Sequence record: PV112478.1 | Reading direction: 5' to 3' (one strand) | DNA: 64,000 nt | Shown: positions 26,020 to 36,075 of the stretch, piece by piece | Layout of the letters: each line of letters starts with the position of its first letter | Position numbering within the stretch: the first letter of the stretch is position 1 | Made by a program: the position numbers and the translations under genes | The notes under the pieces: model-generated | Told to the model about the DNA's origin: nothing | Seen by the model: only the letters and a program-made list of their open reading frames with translations | The model's database searches: none

Positions 26020-26658
26020 TTAATTAATGGGAACTAAAACAGGATGATTCTCTGCTTTACTGACTAACTGTGCCTTTGTCTTCTTGTCACCAATCATGGC
26101 GTTTCCTTTCCCTGAAACAAACTTCACAAAACCCTCGCCTTTACCCAATTGGTTGGCTATTACTCTACCTTGTTTTTCAATAAAACGCCGATCTGTCCCT
26201 AAGGCTTTATTCGCCAATTCCCCGTCAACAAAAGCACTTCCGAAATAATTAACGCGAAACACCTTTGTCTTGCCGCCCAACAAGTAAGGAACTTCTATTC
26301 CTTTTTCGGGTAACGCGTCAACGTACTTTAACGAGGAGAAAATAACTCTCGCACTTCGCCCTTTCTCAACTCCTTTGTGAATCAACTTGACGATATCGTC
26401 CGCTAAGGTCTTCCAGCTATAGGGGTATAAGTTCCCGTGGAAATAAATCCCGATCAGTTGCGACAACTCCCCTTGGGTATTAATCGCCATTAACCCGTCG
26501 AAGTCACGCACTTTGTGCATATCGCAGGTTAAGCTCACAATTGCGCGCTCACCAAAGAAGATACTGGCTTTTACCAACTCCCCGTGTTTACCTACTTCAC
26601 CGATAATCGATTGTTTCTTATCCGTGTACCGAAAAGTTGTATTCAACACTCGACTCAT
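26020..26658 (-). CDS. Hypothetical protein
   Basis: 212-aa ORF, GAGG RBS. Confidence 0.7.
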   Translation of the reverse strand: MSRVLNTTFRYTDKKQSIIGEVGKHGELVKASIFFGERAIVSLTCDMHKVRDFDGLMAINTQGELSQLIGIYFHGNLYPYSWKTLADDIVKLIHKGVEKGRSARVIFSSLKYVDALPEKGIEVPYLLGGKTKVFRVNYFGSAFVDGELANKALGTDRRFIEKQGRVIANQLGKGEGFVKFVSGKGNAMIGDKKTKAQLVSKAENHPVLVPIN

Positions 26659-26670
26659 GTCGTCCCCTCT

Positions 26671-27018
26671 TTAGACCAATAACCCTAAAGCAATACCAAA
26701 AAGCGTACCGATGAAAATCCCTAAGACAACGGGTTTAAATGCACTACTCAGCGATCTATTGCGCTCTAAGAGCCGTTCCCTTTCTTTGGCCAGTAATACT
26801 TGTTCTTTCTCGTTTAAAGCGTCAGCGTGGCGCTGAGCGTCTTCTGCGGTCTCATACACCGAGAAAGTCCGACAACCAAATTGATCAGTTTCATGCGTAT
26901 AACGGTATTCATCGTCGTAGCTCGTGACCGTTCTGTCCATGGGCAGGTCGTTAATCGACAACTGATATTTATTGTACATCACGACGTAACCCTTTTTGTA
27001 TCGATTGATTCCGTACAT
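26671..27018 (-). CDS. Hypothetical protein with C-terminal TM helix
   Basis: GGAGG RBS; VVLGIFIGTLFGIALGLLV tail. Confidence 0.7.
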   Translation of the reverse strand: MYGINRYKKGYVVMYNKYQLSINDLPMDRTVTSYDDEYRYTHETDQFGCRTFSVYETAEDAQRHADALNEKEQVLLAKERERLLERNRSLSSAFKPVVLGIFIGTLFGIALGLLV

Positions 27019-27062
27019 TTCATTTCCTCCGTTAAGTAATGAATTTTATCGAGGAGTATTTT

Positions 27063-27404
27063 TTATTTTTCCTGTATATCAAATTCTCGGTAGCGTCTAA
27101 TAAATTCTAACACTCCTTTTGCCCACCGGGCGTTAAAAGTGGCTCTGTCCAGCGAATGGTACAGGATGATACTGTCATCCTGCCAGCCCTCTTTACTTTT
27201 CCGTAGCCAATCGATAAAGAGGCGTAATCCTTCGGCTTTTTCAGATTCTTGAATAAAGCGTGTATACTGGTCGATGTCCTGAGGGTCTTCTTTCTTTAAA
27301 CGTAAGAGATCCTTTTGAAGCTGATTCACGATTAACTCAAAACGAGCAGTGTAATGATCCTCCTGAGTTAATCGGTTAAATTCCAAATAAGGTTCTTTGG
27401 TCAT
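27063..27404 (-). CDS. Hypothetical protein
   Basis: 113-aa ORF. Confidence 0.65.
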   Translation of the reverse strand: MTKEPYLEFNRLTQEDHYTARFELIVNQLQKDLLRLKKEDPQDIDQYTRFIQESEKAEGLRLFIDWLRKSKEGWQDDSIILYHSLDRATFNARWAKGVLEFIRRYREFDIQEK

Positions 27405-27429
27405 TTATTTTCCCTTTGCCCTTCAAAAT

Positions 27430-27780
27430 TCAATTGATTGCCGTAGACTTCTCTACGCTACCGTAACGGTTAATGACTAACTCAGTACCGTCTCGTTCAA
27501 AGTACGGCTGAAGAACCATTACCCCGTTACTGTTATCAATGACCTTGTAAAAGACGGCTGAAACACCGTACTCGTTGTAAACGACGGCTTTAATGCAATG
27601 TTCAAAAGTCTCCTCGTTTAACGTTTGGAAGGGGATCATCATGAAACCATCGCCTTCTTTTTTGTTGATGTAAATAACATTGTCCCCTGGAACGAGTTCT
27701 TCTAACGTACTCGGGTTGTAGAAGTCAAAGTTACCTGCGGGTGTCCCCAGAGTGATATCTTTCGTTCTCACTTTAGTCAT
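27430..27780 (-). CDS. Hypothetical protein
   Basis: 116-aa ORF. Confidence 0.65.
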   Translation of the reverse strand: MTKVRTKDITLGTPAGNFDFYNPSTLEELVPGDNVIYINKKEGDGFMMIPFQTLNEETFEHCIKAVVYNEYGVSAVFYKVIDNSNGVMVLQPYFERDGTELVINRYGSVEKSTAIN

Positions 27781-27874
27781 TTGTCTTTACTCTAATATTT
27801 TTTTCGTTGAAAAAATGTCCTTGGCGTTATAACTACTGAGTTATTAGCGCTAATGGACTTTTAGTGGCGTTTGA

Positions 27875-28609
27875 TCACTCTGTTTCCTTCAATGAAACAT
27901 AAAACATCCATCTTTGAGTGTTGTGAGCAAAATCACCTTTAATCACGACGCTCTCTGCAGGGTCTTTCTCGTCCGAGAACAACCTTTCTGCTGCATCCCT
28001 GATAATCTGGATGTTATCACGGAAAAGGTCGCTCTGTTGTAGACGGTGAGTTTCCCTGAAACCAAATGCCTCAAACGGAATATTTTGGAACTCCTTTAAA
28101 CCCCTTTCGACTAAGAAGTCTTGATCATCCGTATGAAAACCTCCCAGAGCCTTATAGTTTTCTGGGGGAACGATAGCCATCTGCCAATTTCCGGCTGAAT
28201 AACAAGGGAGTTCAGTCAGAATGAATTCTATCTCTTTGTGCTCAGAATCGATAATGTTAGGGCCTTTTAACTCTTTAATAATCTGAGAAATCCTGGCCGA
28301 AGAGAGTTCGTACATCTCCGCTAATTTCTTTTGTGGGATACCGGATAAAAACCCCACGCCAATATTCAGCTTTTTGATCTCTGCTAAGATCGCTTTTGTT
28401 TCCGCAAGCATCTTATCTATCTCAGGGTTAGCTTGACCCAGCTTATGCTGATACTCTAACCTTTCAACAATAGTCTTTGTTAAAGTTAATAAGTCAGTCT
28501 GTGTATTTGTCCATTTCACTAACTCCTCAATGCTCAACGATTTCTTCATCTTTTCCTCCTCAAGAGACATAATCCCAGAGGAGAGTTTTATACTCTCTCT
28601 CCAGGTCAA
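27875..28609 (-). CDS. HTH-containing protein (start probably at MKKSLS)
   Basis: GIPQKKLAEMYELSSARISQII HTH; GAGGAGG before the internal ATG. Confidence 0.65.
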   Translation of the reverse strand: MTWRESIKLSSGIMSLEEEKMKKSLSIEELVKWTNTQTDLLTLTKTIVERLEYQHKLGQANPEIDKMLAETKAILAEIKKLNIGVGFLSGIPQKKLAEMYELSSARISQIIKELKGPNIIDSEHKEIEFILTELPCYSAGNWQMAIVPPENYKALGGFHTDDQDFLVERGLKEFQNIPFEAFGFRETHRLQQSDLFRDNIQIIRDAAERLFSDEKDPAESVVIKGDFAHNTQRWMFYVSLKETE

Positions 28610-28885
28610 TTATTCGTATCGTTAACTACCAGCGTAATCTTCATTTCAATCAGATTACTTGAAGGAGCATTACTCCCTTACGGTACCTCTTTACCTTAAC
28701 CGAGAGCTCACTGTGTTCACTCTCTCTAAGGAAGGTACCTGCAGTACGTAATAGCTAACTGTTTCGGATTGGTGCATTATTTAAAACCACCCCCTTTCCC
28801 CCAAAACTTTATTTTTACCATTACCCTCAAAGTGACCAGTAAAACGACCTTTGATTCACATATAAAGAAAATACGTGGAAAAAGA

Positions 28886-29131
28886 TTAAACTAATTCCTT
28901 TTCCATCGCACGGAGATTAACCAAGACCCCTTTCTCAGTTAAGTCCCGCATACTGGATTGACCAATCATACGCAGGAACGTACGGTTAACGACAGACGCT
29001 GCCCGTAACCCAACCGGTAACATTCTGCTCTCCCGTAAGGCTTCTTTGATACGGGTACGGTAGAGTTTACAACTCTGCTCATCAAACTGTGCAATGGACT
29101 GGAGTTCTTTCTCAATGGCTTTCAGTGACAT
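28886..29131 (-). CDS. Hypothetical protein
   Basis: 81-aa ORF, AAGGA RBS. Confidence 0.6.
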   Translation of the reverse strand: MSLKAIEKELQSIAQFDEQSCKLYRTRIKEALRESRMLPVGLRAASVVNRTFLRMIGQSSMRDLTEKGVLVNLRAMEKELV

Positions 29132-29143
29132 GTTATTTTCCTT

Positions 29144-29509
29144 TTAGTGTTTAATGAGTCTGTTGAAGTATTCGTCAGGGATAGTAGCTAAGGGTTGACT
29201 TTTCCCTTCGCTGAGCAATCCGATCGGAAAACCCTGATCACTGTACCCGATGATTTTCACTAATCGGATATGTTTAAGGTGTCCCGATTGATAAACAACA
29301 TTATTCCGTCGTTTCCATTCTTCGATCAACCGCTTTTCTTCGAAGAAGTCATTAGCGGTCGTTAAATAACCCTCAGGAATCTCTGAGGGCGTTTTCACTG
29401 CAATAAGGTAGTACTTATCTAAAACTAACTGATCGATGCTCAGAGGCGCATTCAGGAACCCTGACATCGGTCGAGTTTGGTTAGCGGTAATATCGATCGT
29501 GACTTTCAT
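29144..29509 (-). CDS. Hypothetical protein
   Basis: 121-aa ORF. Confidence 0.6.
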   Translation of the reverse strand: MKVTIDITANQTRPMSGFLNAPLSIDQLVLDKYYLIAVKTPSEIPEGYLTTANDFFEEKRLIEEWKRRNNVVYQSGHLKHIRLVKIIGYSDQGFPIGLLSEGKSQPLATIPDEYFNRLIKH

Positions 29510-29518
29510 CCTTCGTCC

Positions 29519-29962
29519 TTAAAAATACAAATGAACATCAACTAAGGCTGCACCCAATTCATCGTCTGTCATCCTCCTCACGATGACCGGGTCTAACTTA
29601 CCGTTACCACAGCCCAAATGCGTTAATGCAAGCGTGTTGACCTGTTCCCGTTCTACAAAGACTGCGATCCGTTTTAAACAGGCTTCTACCCACGGGTACC
29701 GAGAGGGGTAACGCCAATGGTCTTTAGTCGCCGCCAGTAACAGTCGCGTCCCGTCGTTCGCTTCCGTATACCAGACGTTCCCTGGTTTCCATTGGGCTTT
29801 ATCGCACTGCGCTCTATACCGCGCGTAGACCTCAGGGTAGCGTTGCTTGCATGTCAAAGCAACTCCAGCACCCATTGCCCCTACGCAATTTACGGTTACG
29901 ACCTTTACGACCTCAGCCTCTTCCTCAAACAAATCCCCTTTCCGCAAATATAAAATACCCAC
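29519..29962 (-). CDS. Macrodomain ADP-ribose hydrolase, DarG/TARG1-like
   Basis: KGDLF, VNCVGAMGAGVA, TKDHWR and LGCGNGKL motifs. Confidence 0.85.
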   Translation of the reverse strand: MGILYLRKGDLFEEEAEVVKVVTVNCVGAMGAGVALTCKQRYPEVYARYRAQCDKAQWKPGNVWYTEANDGTRLLLAATKDHWRYPSRYPWVEACLKRIAVFVEREQVNTLALTHLGCGNGKLDPVIVRRMTDDELGAALVDVHLYF

Positions 29963-30064
29963 TTTCTTCTCCTGTTCTCATTATCGTTAAATGCTTCACA
30001 GAATCCATCCTCAGCGGTTTTCTCTTCAAACCCGACCAAAGATACCTCTAAACAAAGAAAATGG

Positions 30065-30745
30065 TTAACGTTGCCAAATAGGGAGATTTCTTTTCTTCAG
30101 GTCTTTTACCCGTGACATCCAAAACCGATGACTCAGTCGATACGGATACGGTAACAATACCCGACCATTATCCACAGGTTCAATCGAGTCAGTAAAGTAC
30201 GCGTTCGGACTGGAGATCGGATAGGTCGTCACGACGACATTGGTACCTGCCTTCTGTCTCTTTTCTAAACGCCTTTGAAACCGCCGGAGCTTGTAACGGT
30301 TTGCTTTTCGTCTTTGAGGCTCTACCGCCAACCCGTAGTACTGCACAAACGCTTTGAGCGCTACAGTTAAACGAGCATAGGGAGAGAGTGCCACTTTATC
30401 CCAATCCACTACGTGCCCTGAACCATCGTGTTCTACATCCATATTCGGGAACATCTCACCGACCAACCAATACTCGCTGACACTGGTACTATAGCCCAGG
30501 GGTTGGAGCGAATCGAAGGCTTTCCCATCGACCTCAATCCACGCGTGCCAGCCGTGGTCATTCCAGACGGCGCTATAGCCTTTCTTCAGGAGCGCGACAC
30601 TCAACGCTTGTCGAACCTGATAACAGCACCCGTTACTGAGAATGAATCGACTCTCGTCTACGGTTTCGTATTTCGGTCCTGTCAGATGAAATAATGTAAT
30701 CAACGTTTTTAAGCAATCTTGTACGTACAACTGAGCTTCGGTCAT
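30065..30745 (-). CDS. Hypothetical protein
   Basis: 226-aa ORF, GGAGGAG RBS; GCC...HAW motif of unclear meaning. Confidence 0.65.
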   Translation of the reverse strand: MTEAQLYVQDCLKTLITLFHLTGPKYETVDESRFILSNGCCYQVRQALSVALLKKGYSAVWNDHGWHAWIEVDGKAFDSLQPLGYSTSVSEYWLVGEMFPNMDVEHDGSGHVVDWDKVALSPYARLTVALKAFVQYYGLAVEPQRRKANRYKLRRFQRRLEKRQKAGTNVVVTTYPISSPNAYFTDSIEPVDNGRVLLPYPYRLSHRFWMSRVKDLKKRNLPIWQR

Positions 30746-31197
30746 TTCTCCTCCTTTTGGTATTTTAAGAGCATAAAACGAAGTCCCTCACGGACTCCGA
30801 TAAATAGTTAATCAAATAGTATTTAAAAAATGATTACCCTAAAAGAATAGGTCAACCCCAGTAACCGGCAAGGATGTCGTTCAGTCTACTCGATCTCGCT
30901 CCGTTCCGTATCCTCCCCCTCTACGAGTGTGAGTCTACTACACTACTCTCGCTCTCGTTCCCTTCACTCCTCTCTTCTTGCCGGTTTCAATTTTGTTCAT
31001 AATAATAAAAGTAGTAAAAATTTAATTTCCTCTATTCGAACGTTAGAGAGAATAGATTAGGAATATTTATTTCTTAGTTTATTTAATCCTTGAATTAACG
31101 ATACTAAAGAATCTTTTGATAGAAAGAAATAAAACTCTCCCTCCTTCCGTCAGGAGAGAGATTGCCGTTCGGTATAAGTGAATAGGCGGCGGGGCGA

Positions 31198-31680
31198 TCA
31201 GCAGCGGCGAACCAGGTTGGCGGCTTTGAATATGGCCCGCGCCTTGTCGTCGAAGTGCGTCTCGTTTAAAATTCCTTCTCGTTTTAATTTCGTAAAGAAG
31301 CCGCAGCTTTGCAAGTCCCATGGATGCCAATAGACTTCTTTATCCTCTGCCTCTGGCATAATCGCTTTTACCAATTCTACTGCTAAGCCGGTTCCCCGAT
31401 AACCAGACCTCACGTAAAGCATCCCTTCCCAGACTTGTTTGTTCCCTCGCTCCCCTGGTATTAATACCGCAACAGCGTCTTCCCGGTAGAAAATCGCTCG
31501 ACATGGAATCTCTCCCCGTCGTTGGTCGTAGAGCGCCTCTAACATTTTCCCTTTGTACAAATAGAGTTCGTGCTCAAGGCACAAACGATAAATCTCGCTG
31601 CTGTCGTTAATCTGCACGAAAGCCTCTTTAAAACGTTCCGTGATAGTCTCTACGCTTTTTATTAGTTTTGGACGAGTCAT
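31198..31680 (-). CDS. GNAT-like acetyltransferase
   Basis: LYVRSGYRGTGLAVELV acetyl-CoA binding loop; GFFTKL motif B remnant. Confidence 0.7.
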   Translation of the reverse strand: MTRPKLIKSVETITERFKEAFVQINDSSEIYRLCLEHELYLYKGKMLEALYDQRRGEIPCRAIFYREDAVAVLIPGERGNKQVWEGMLYVRSGYRGTGLAVELVKAIMPEAEDKEVYWHPWDLQSCGFFTKLKREGILNETHFDDKARAIFKAANLVRRC

Positions 31681-31734
31681 TTTATTCCCCTGAAAATGAA
31701 ATCGCTTACAGAGCTTCCTGTTAGCTCTATTAAG

Positions 31735-31744
31735 GTAATATATG
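31735..31744 (-). promoter_or_regulatory. Putative early promoter core (CATATATTAC)
   Basis: Exact TATTAC core upstream of the 31680 gene. Confidence 0.55.
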
Positions 31745-31857
31745 TTTTAAACCAACTTCACTGGTTAATTAACTTCTTACTATTTTAACGATAACAAAAT
31801 AATTACACAGGCGCACGACTGAGAGAGGCAAAACCTCTCTCAGTCGATGTGTTTTAC

Positions 31858-34041
31858 TTAGATGATCTGATTCAAGTGTGCGGTACGTGTGCTCAATACC
31901 CTTCCCCGGAAGAGTAGCTCTTTACTCCGCCAGTAGTCGAGATGTTTATCAATGTTCATGCAAACAAAGCAATGATAACTCTGTGGGAATTTCTTCTCCC
32001 CTTTGAGTTCACGTAAACGTCCTAACGCCTGAACGTTCGCGTTCGGTGAGTCAATCGCAACGGTCAGGTAGGCTTGCGTCAAGTTAGGGATATCCACCGC
32101 GGTACCGGATTTACCAATCGTACTGAAAATGATATCCGAATCCAGTAACAATTGATAATCGTCTCCTGATGTAAAGGAGTTGATCACCAGTTCCGGGAGA
32201 CGTTTCCTGAAGAACGTGGCCAGGCGCTGGCACATCTCAATAGTCGCCGAGAAGATTAACAGCTTATGTTCCCTTTTCCTCTTCTCTAACCAGTTATCCT
32301 TGGTGTAGTCAAAAAGCGATTCTTGCCACCGCTGCTCTCGTTGCCTGTCTGCCATGATCCAGGCTTCGTACGTCGTATGACTGTACGACCCTTGACCTCC
32401 GACGACTTTCGCTTTCTGCCAATCCTTCAGATTATACTGGACTTTCACCAGATCGATATACCTACTTGGTTGCCCGCCATTTCGCCGCAGTTTTTTCGGT
32501 AAGAAGGTTTCGTAGATGAAAAGTTGAAAATCCATCTTAGCCAATAACGTAGCGGTCAAGTAGATCTTTTTCGGAACATGCGAATAGAGATCAGAGACAA
32601 AGTTCGCATGGATCTCTTTATGCGCTTCATCAATGATAACCAGACCTATCCCCAGAAACTCCCAGAGATCTCTCGGATTGATATCTTCGCAATCAGTCCC
32701 AACCACTCTCCCATTATTCCAGTTCTTGTAAAAGTCCCTCAACGTGGCTGTGGAAATGAAAATCGCCTTAACATTATCAATGCCGGTGGTCTTCGCTTCC
32801 CGTAATAAACGATAGAGCTTTACACAACCACAACACGATCGAACCTCTTCCGGTTTTAGATTGAGTTTAGCGTAAAACTCCGGTATCCATCTATCCTCGT
32901 AGCCGCCGAGTGTTACCACCGCAAAACGGGTTCCGTTATTCTTTGCCATCGCCAATGAACAAGCCGTGTTATGGGTCACGATATAGTCATCGGTGATGTA
33001 GAGATGTTCAGGGTCATCAATCATGATGCACTGAGTGGCCTCAGGCTCGCGTTCTTCGATTGAAGTAATAGCTAACCGCTCTTGGGTGAAATCGACACGT
33101 AATGTGTCCCTTGCCTCATCTAAGTAGGCAAGGCCACCATAAGCCCGTGCGGTATATTGTATTGCCTCCAACAATTCAAGGCCCCCTAAACTAACCGTAA
33201 ACTCCATTTCGTCCTGCGAGGTCTCTGTTACCATTCGGAAGTCGGCAGGTAAAGTCTGACCGAGAATGAGCGGCACAGAGAAAGAACTTTCCCCTAGCCG
33301 GTCTTTTATTTCGCGTGTCGTGATAACTTTATCTTGCTGCTCCTCGTTTTCCTGTACTGACCAGAGATGTTCCGGGTTAACATCAGTATATCGTCCATCA
33401 GCAAAGTGGATACGCCAGACGTCGGTCACGCCCTGCGGGAAGACCCCGATGACAGAAGCGAGGCGTCCCTTAGGTGTCACGACCTGTTGCCCGACTTTCA
33501 TCTCGCCCATGGTTAGCCAACCGCCAGGGACTCTGATCTTAGAAGAAAGCGTCTGAGCCTTACCAAACCCAGGCTCCGCGGTGATCGCTTTCTGGATACC
33601 GGGGCCCGAACCGAATTCAATAATCGGCACCTGGTTATCCCACGGTGTGAAGTCCATCTCAAACTCAAACTTCACCGGTTCGTACATCGGGACAACATCG
33701 ATTTCAAACGTGCAGCCATTCCATTGGTATTTTTCCGCTTCCTGTTTAAAGCGTTCCAGTGTGTTGATGTGGAAACACGTCTCTTCCGTTTCAAGGTCTC
33801 GGCGTGCGTAAACCTTGGTAGGTTCCATTCGGAATCGCCCACGTTTCTTCACTAAGTTTTTCTCAATAAAGTGCTCAGTGAATTGTCGACGGAATTGTCG
33901 GCCTTTGGCGGTATAGGCAAAAACGGAAAAGTAGTGGCTATATTGCGTGATACGTAGATCCAATGTCTTAGCCCTCACAGGTGATAATCGAATCTCGTAG
34001 ATTCTTTTCTCTAGGTATAGGTCTCTATAGGAATTACTCAC
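31858..34041 (-). CDS. SF2 helicase (phiKZ gp75-like) with intein
   Basis: AEPGFGK|T (after splicing), IIDEAH, LTAT and QALGRLR; follows the nvRNAP beta-prime C gene. Confidence 0.9.
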   Translation of the reverse strand: MSNSYRDLYLEKRIYEIRLSPVRAKTLDLRITQYSHYFSVFAYTAKGRQFRRQFTEHFIEKNLVKKRGRFRMEPTKVYARRDLETEETCFHINTLERFKQEAEKYQWNGCTFEIDVVPMYEPVKFEFEMDFTPWDNQVPIIEFGSGPGIQKAITAEPGFGKAQTLSSKIRVPGGWLTMGEMKVGQQVVTPKGRLASVIGVFPQGVTDVWRIHFADGRYTDVNPEHLWSVQENEEQQDKVITTREIKDRLGESSFSVPLILGQTLPADFRMVTETSQDEMEFTVSLGGLELLEAIQYTARAYGGLAYLDEARDTLRVDFTQERLAITSIEEREPEATQCIMIDDPEHLYITDDYIVTHNTACSLAMAKNNGTRFAVVTLGGYEDRWIPEFYAKLNLKPEEVRSCCGCVKLYRLLREAKTTGIDNVKAIFISTATLRDFYKNWNNGRVVGTDCEDINPRDLWEFLGIGLVIIDEAHKEIHANFVSDLYSHVPKKIYLTATLLAKMDFQLFIYETFLPKKLRRNGGQPSRYIDLVKVQYNLKDWQKAKVVGGQGSYSHTTYEAWIMADRQREQRWQESLFDYTKDNWLEKRKREHKLLIFSATIEMCQRLATFFRKRLPELVINSFTSGDDYQLLLDSDIIFSTIGKSGTAVDIPNLTQAYLTVAIDSPNANVQALGRLRELKGEKKFPQSYHCFVCMNIDKHLDYWRSKELLFRGRVLSTRTAHLNQII
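32968..33558 (-). mobile_element. 197-aa class-3 mini-intein in the helicase Walker A motif
   Basis: Starts Ala (AQTLSSKI), block B EHLW, block F TQCI, ends VTHN followed by Thr+1. No intact LAGLIDADG motifs. Confidence 0.9.
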
Positions 34042-34107
34042 TTAGTGTAAAAATACCGTAGATAAAACAAAAAAAAGAAGGAGGGAATTACCCCTCCTTC
34101 TTTCACC

Positions 34108-36075
34108 TTAGATACGTTTTAAACGCATTTCCTTATCGACATCCAACAACAGATAGTCGAAGGGATGGTTCTCTTTAATCGGGTCATACGAGCCCGGAGA
34201 GAGCATGTTTTGATACTGCTTCTCGTAAGCACATTTCACCGAGAGACTCCGTCCAGACATGATATCGGATTTCGTAGCGAAGTAACGACCCGTCCCTTTC
34301 TTCGGTAAACGGAAATCGCCGTTCTTCGGATCACGCGACATCATGGCGTAAAGGACAATTTCCACAATCGCCAGGTTAACCGAGAACTTACGGTTCGTCA
34401 TTTCCGAAATGTCTTTCAACGCCATCGCCAGAATGTCAGGGTCGGTTAAGTCATACCGTAACCGCTCTTTCGATTCCTTACTCGACATGAAGATATTGGA
34501 TTTTAACTCCATCATCATCTCGAGCGTCGAGCTATGACGTTCCGGGAATTTCAGAATACTTTCTGAAGGGTCCCAGTTTTTCAGATCAACCCGAATCTTA
34601 CGCCCTAAGTTCTGGAAACCGTAATCCTTCATGTGCTGAATAAAGGCAGCGGTTAAGAACGGTTTATAAGACGAATGACTTGTAGCGATCAATTCTTCCT
34701 TGATAGTCCCTTTGACATCGCCTTGGTGAACGATGATCATGACGTCTTCTACGCCTGAAATACGGCGGAGGTCATTTTGACTGAACTCGGTCATCGCATG
34801 AATATCGGAAAGACGTGGCAGATACGCCATATCGATTTCGATTTCCACATGATGATTCCAGATCGCCTCAGACAGCATCAGCTCAGAAATATCCGACGCA
34901 TTGACCATATAGTCCTTATAGAATGGATCGATTTCAAAACCTTCCGTCTCAGCAGAGCGCAGAAGGTGTTTCGTCGAGATAACGTCCTGAGAGACCTTTT
35001 CGTTCTGGGTTACGGTTGCGGCATGTCCCAGGTTAGTGCCTCGTTGCACAGATCGCGCCAACTGGCCCATACAGGTGCTACAGACTACGCCGTCATCAGG
35101 ATGCCAACAACACGCCACATTCCGCAGTTGAATCGTTTTCCCTACCAGGAAGACGTCTCCTGCCTTAATGGCTTTGAGTTGTCCTGTTTCAGTGAGATAA
35201 AACTTACCGGGTAAGATATTATCCAGTTCGTTTTTCTTCACCGTCCACGGGATCGTTTCCGTACTTCCACAATCCCCCATCCAAATGCTCTTCACAACGT
35301 ACGTAAAGAGCTGCAGCTCACGGTTATAATACTCCGTCTGCTTAACAGGATCGTCCGTCGCCTGGAGCGCTTTAGAGGCGTCTCTGGAGATCATGGCGAA
35401 GAAACTGGCCCGATGTATCCCTTCGAAGAAACCCGCATTGACGACGTTAGGGAAGATGCTCTGATCAACTTCAGAACACCACCCTCGTTTCCCGATGACC
35501 TGATGGAACTGCGCCATCTTCGTCTGACCGATGTGACAGGCCAGCGCCATACTGTTCCCTTGTAAGAAGGGGTCAGTGGCAATCACACGGGAAATCACCC
35601 CGTATGCACGGTTGACCCCGCCAGGGCTCGGTTCCATGTTATAGAGCGCATTCTGGATCTCAGGGCGGTCGTAGATATCCAATAACGTCAGAACATCAAC
35701 GGTATCGATATACGCCTCGCCGCGCGTCGTGAAGGCATTGTGTAACCGGTTATTGCCGCGATAGATAGCAGCCTGTAGGTTTTCAATGTCTTCATGCGGA
35801 TACGCTTCGAGAACAACCTCCTTCATGCGGTTGAGGATTTTTAATTCCAACCCCGGCGAATCAAAGTCATCCCAGAGATGATGACGAATACTGATTTGTG
35901 CGTCAGGGTAGTCTCGAAATACCTCCCAGAAATACCAACTAACAATCGTCTGCGACCAATCTGTAATGATCTCGCCATCACTGAAGACTAAACGAAATCG
36001 ATCATGGTCGTGTTCCTTTTTCCAGAGTTCTTCCTCGGTCCAGTGTACGATGTCTTCTGCCCACACAACTTGCAT
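34108..36075 (-). CDS. rpoC: Non-virion RNAP beta-prime C-terminal subunit (gp74-like)
   Basis: DCGS...CCWHPDDGVVCSTCMG, NLGHAA...SQDVISTKH. Confidence 0.88.
   Translation of the reverse strand: MQVVWAEDIVHWTEEELWKKEHDHDRFRLVFSDGEIITDWSQTIVSWYFWEVFRDYPDAQISIRHHLWDDFDSPGLELKILNRMKEVVLEAYPHEDIENLQAAIYRGNNRLHNAFTTRGEAYIDTVDVLTLLDIYDRPEIQNALYNMEPSPGGVNRAYGVISRVIATDPFLQGNSMALACHIGQTKMAQFHQVIGKRGWCSEVDQSIFPNVVNAGFFEGIHRASFFAMISRDASKALQATDDPVKQTEYYNRELQLFTYVVKSIWMGDCGSTETIPWTVKKNELDNILPGKFYLTETGQLKAIKAGDVFLVGKTIQLRNVACCWHPDDGVVCSTCMGQLARSVQRGTNLGHAATVTQNEKVSQDVISTKHLLRSAETEGFEIDPFYKDYMVNASDISELMLSEAIWNHHVEIEIDMAYLPRLSDIHAMTEFSQNDLRRISGVEDVMIIVHQGDVKGTIKEELIATSHSSYKPFLTAAFIQHMKDYGFQNLGRKIRVDLKNWDPSESILKFPERHSSTLEMMMELKSNIFMSSKESKERLRYDLTDPDILAMALKDISEMTNRKFSVNLAIVEIVLYAMMSRDPKNGDFRLPKKGTGRYFATKSDIMSGRSLSVKCAYEKQYQNMLSPGSYDPIKENHPFDYLLLDVDKEMRLKRI

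Noticed and set aside
31079-31330. 83-aa ORF overlapping the GNAT 3' end
   Set aside because: Alternate-frame overlap without RBS, running into AT-rich intergenic DNA.
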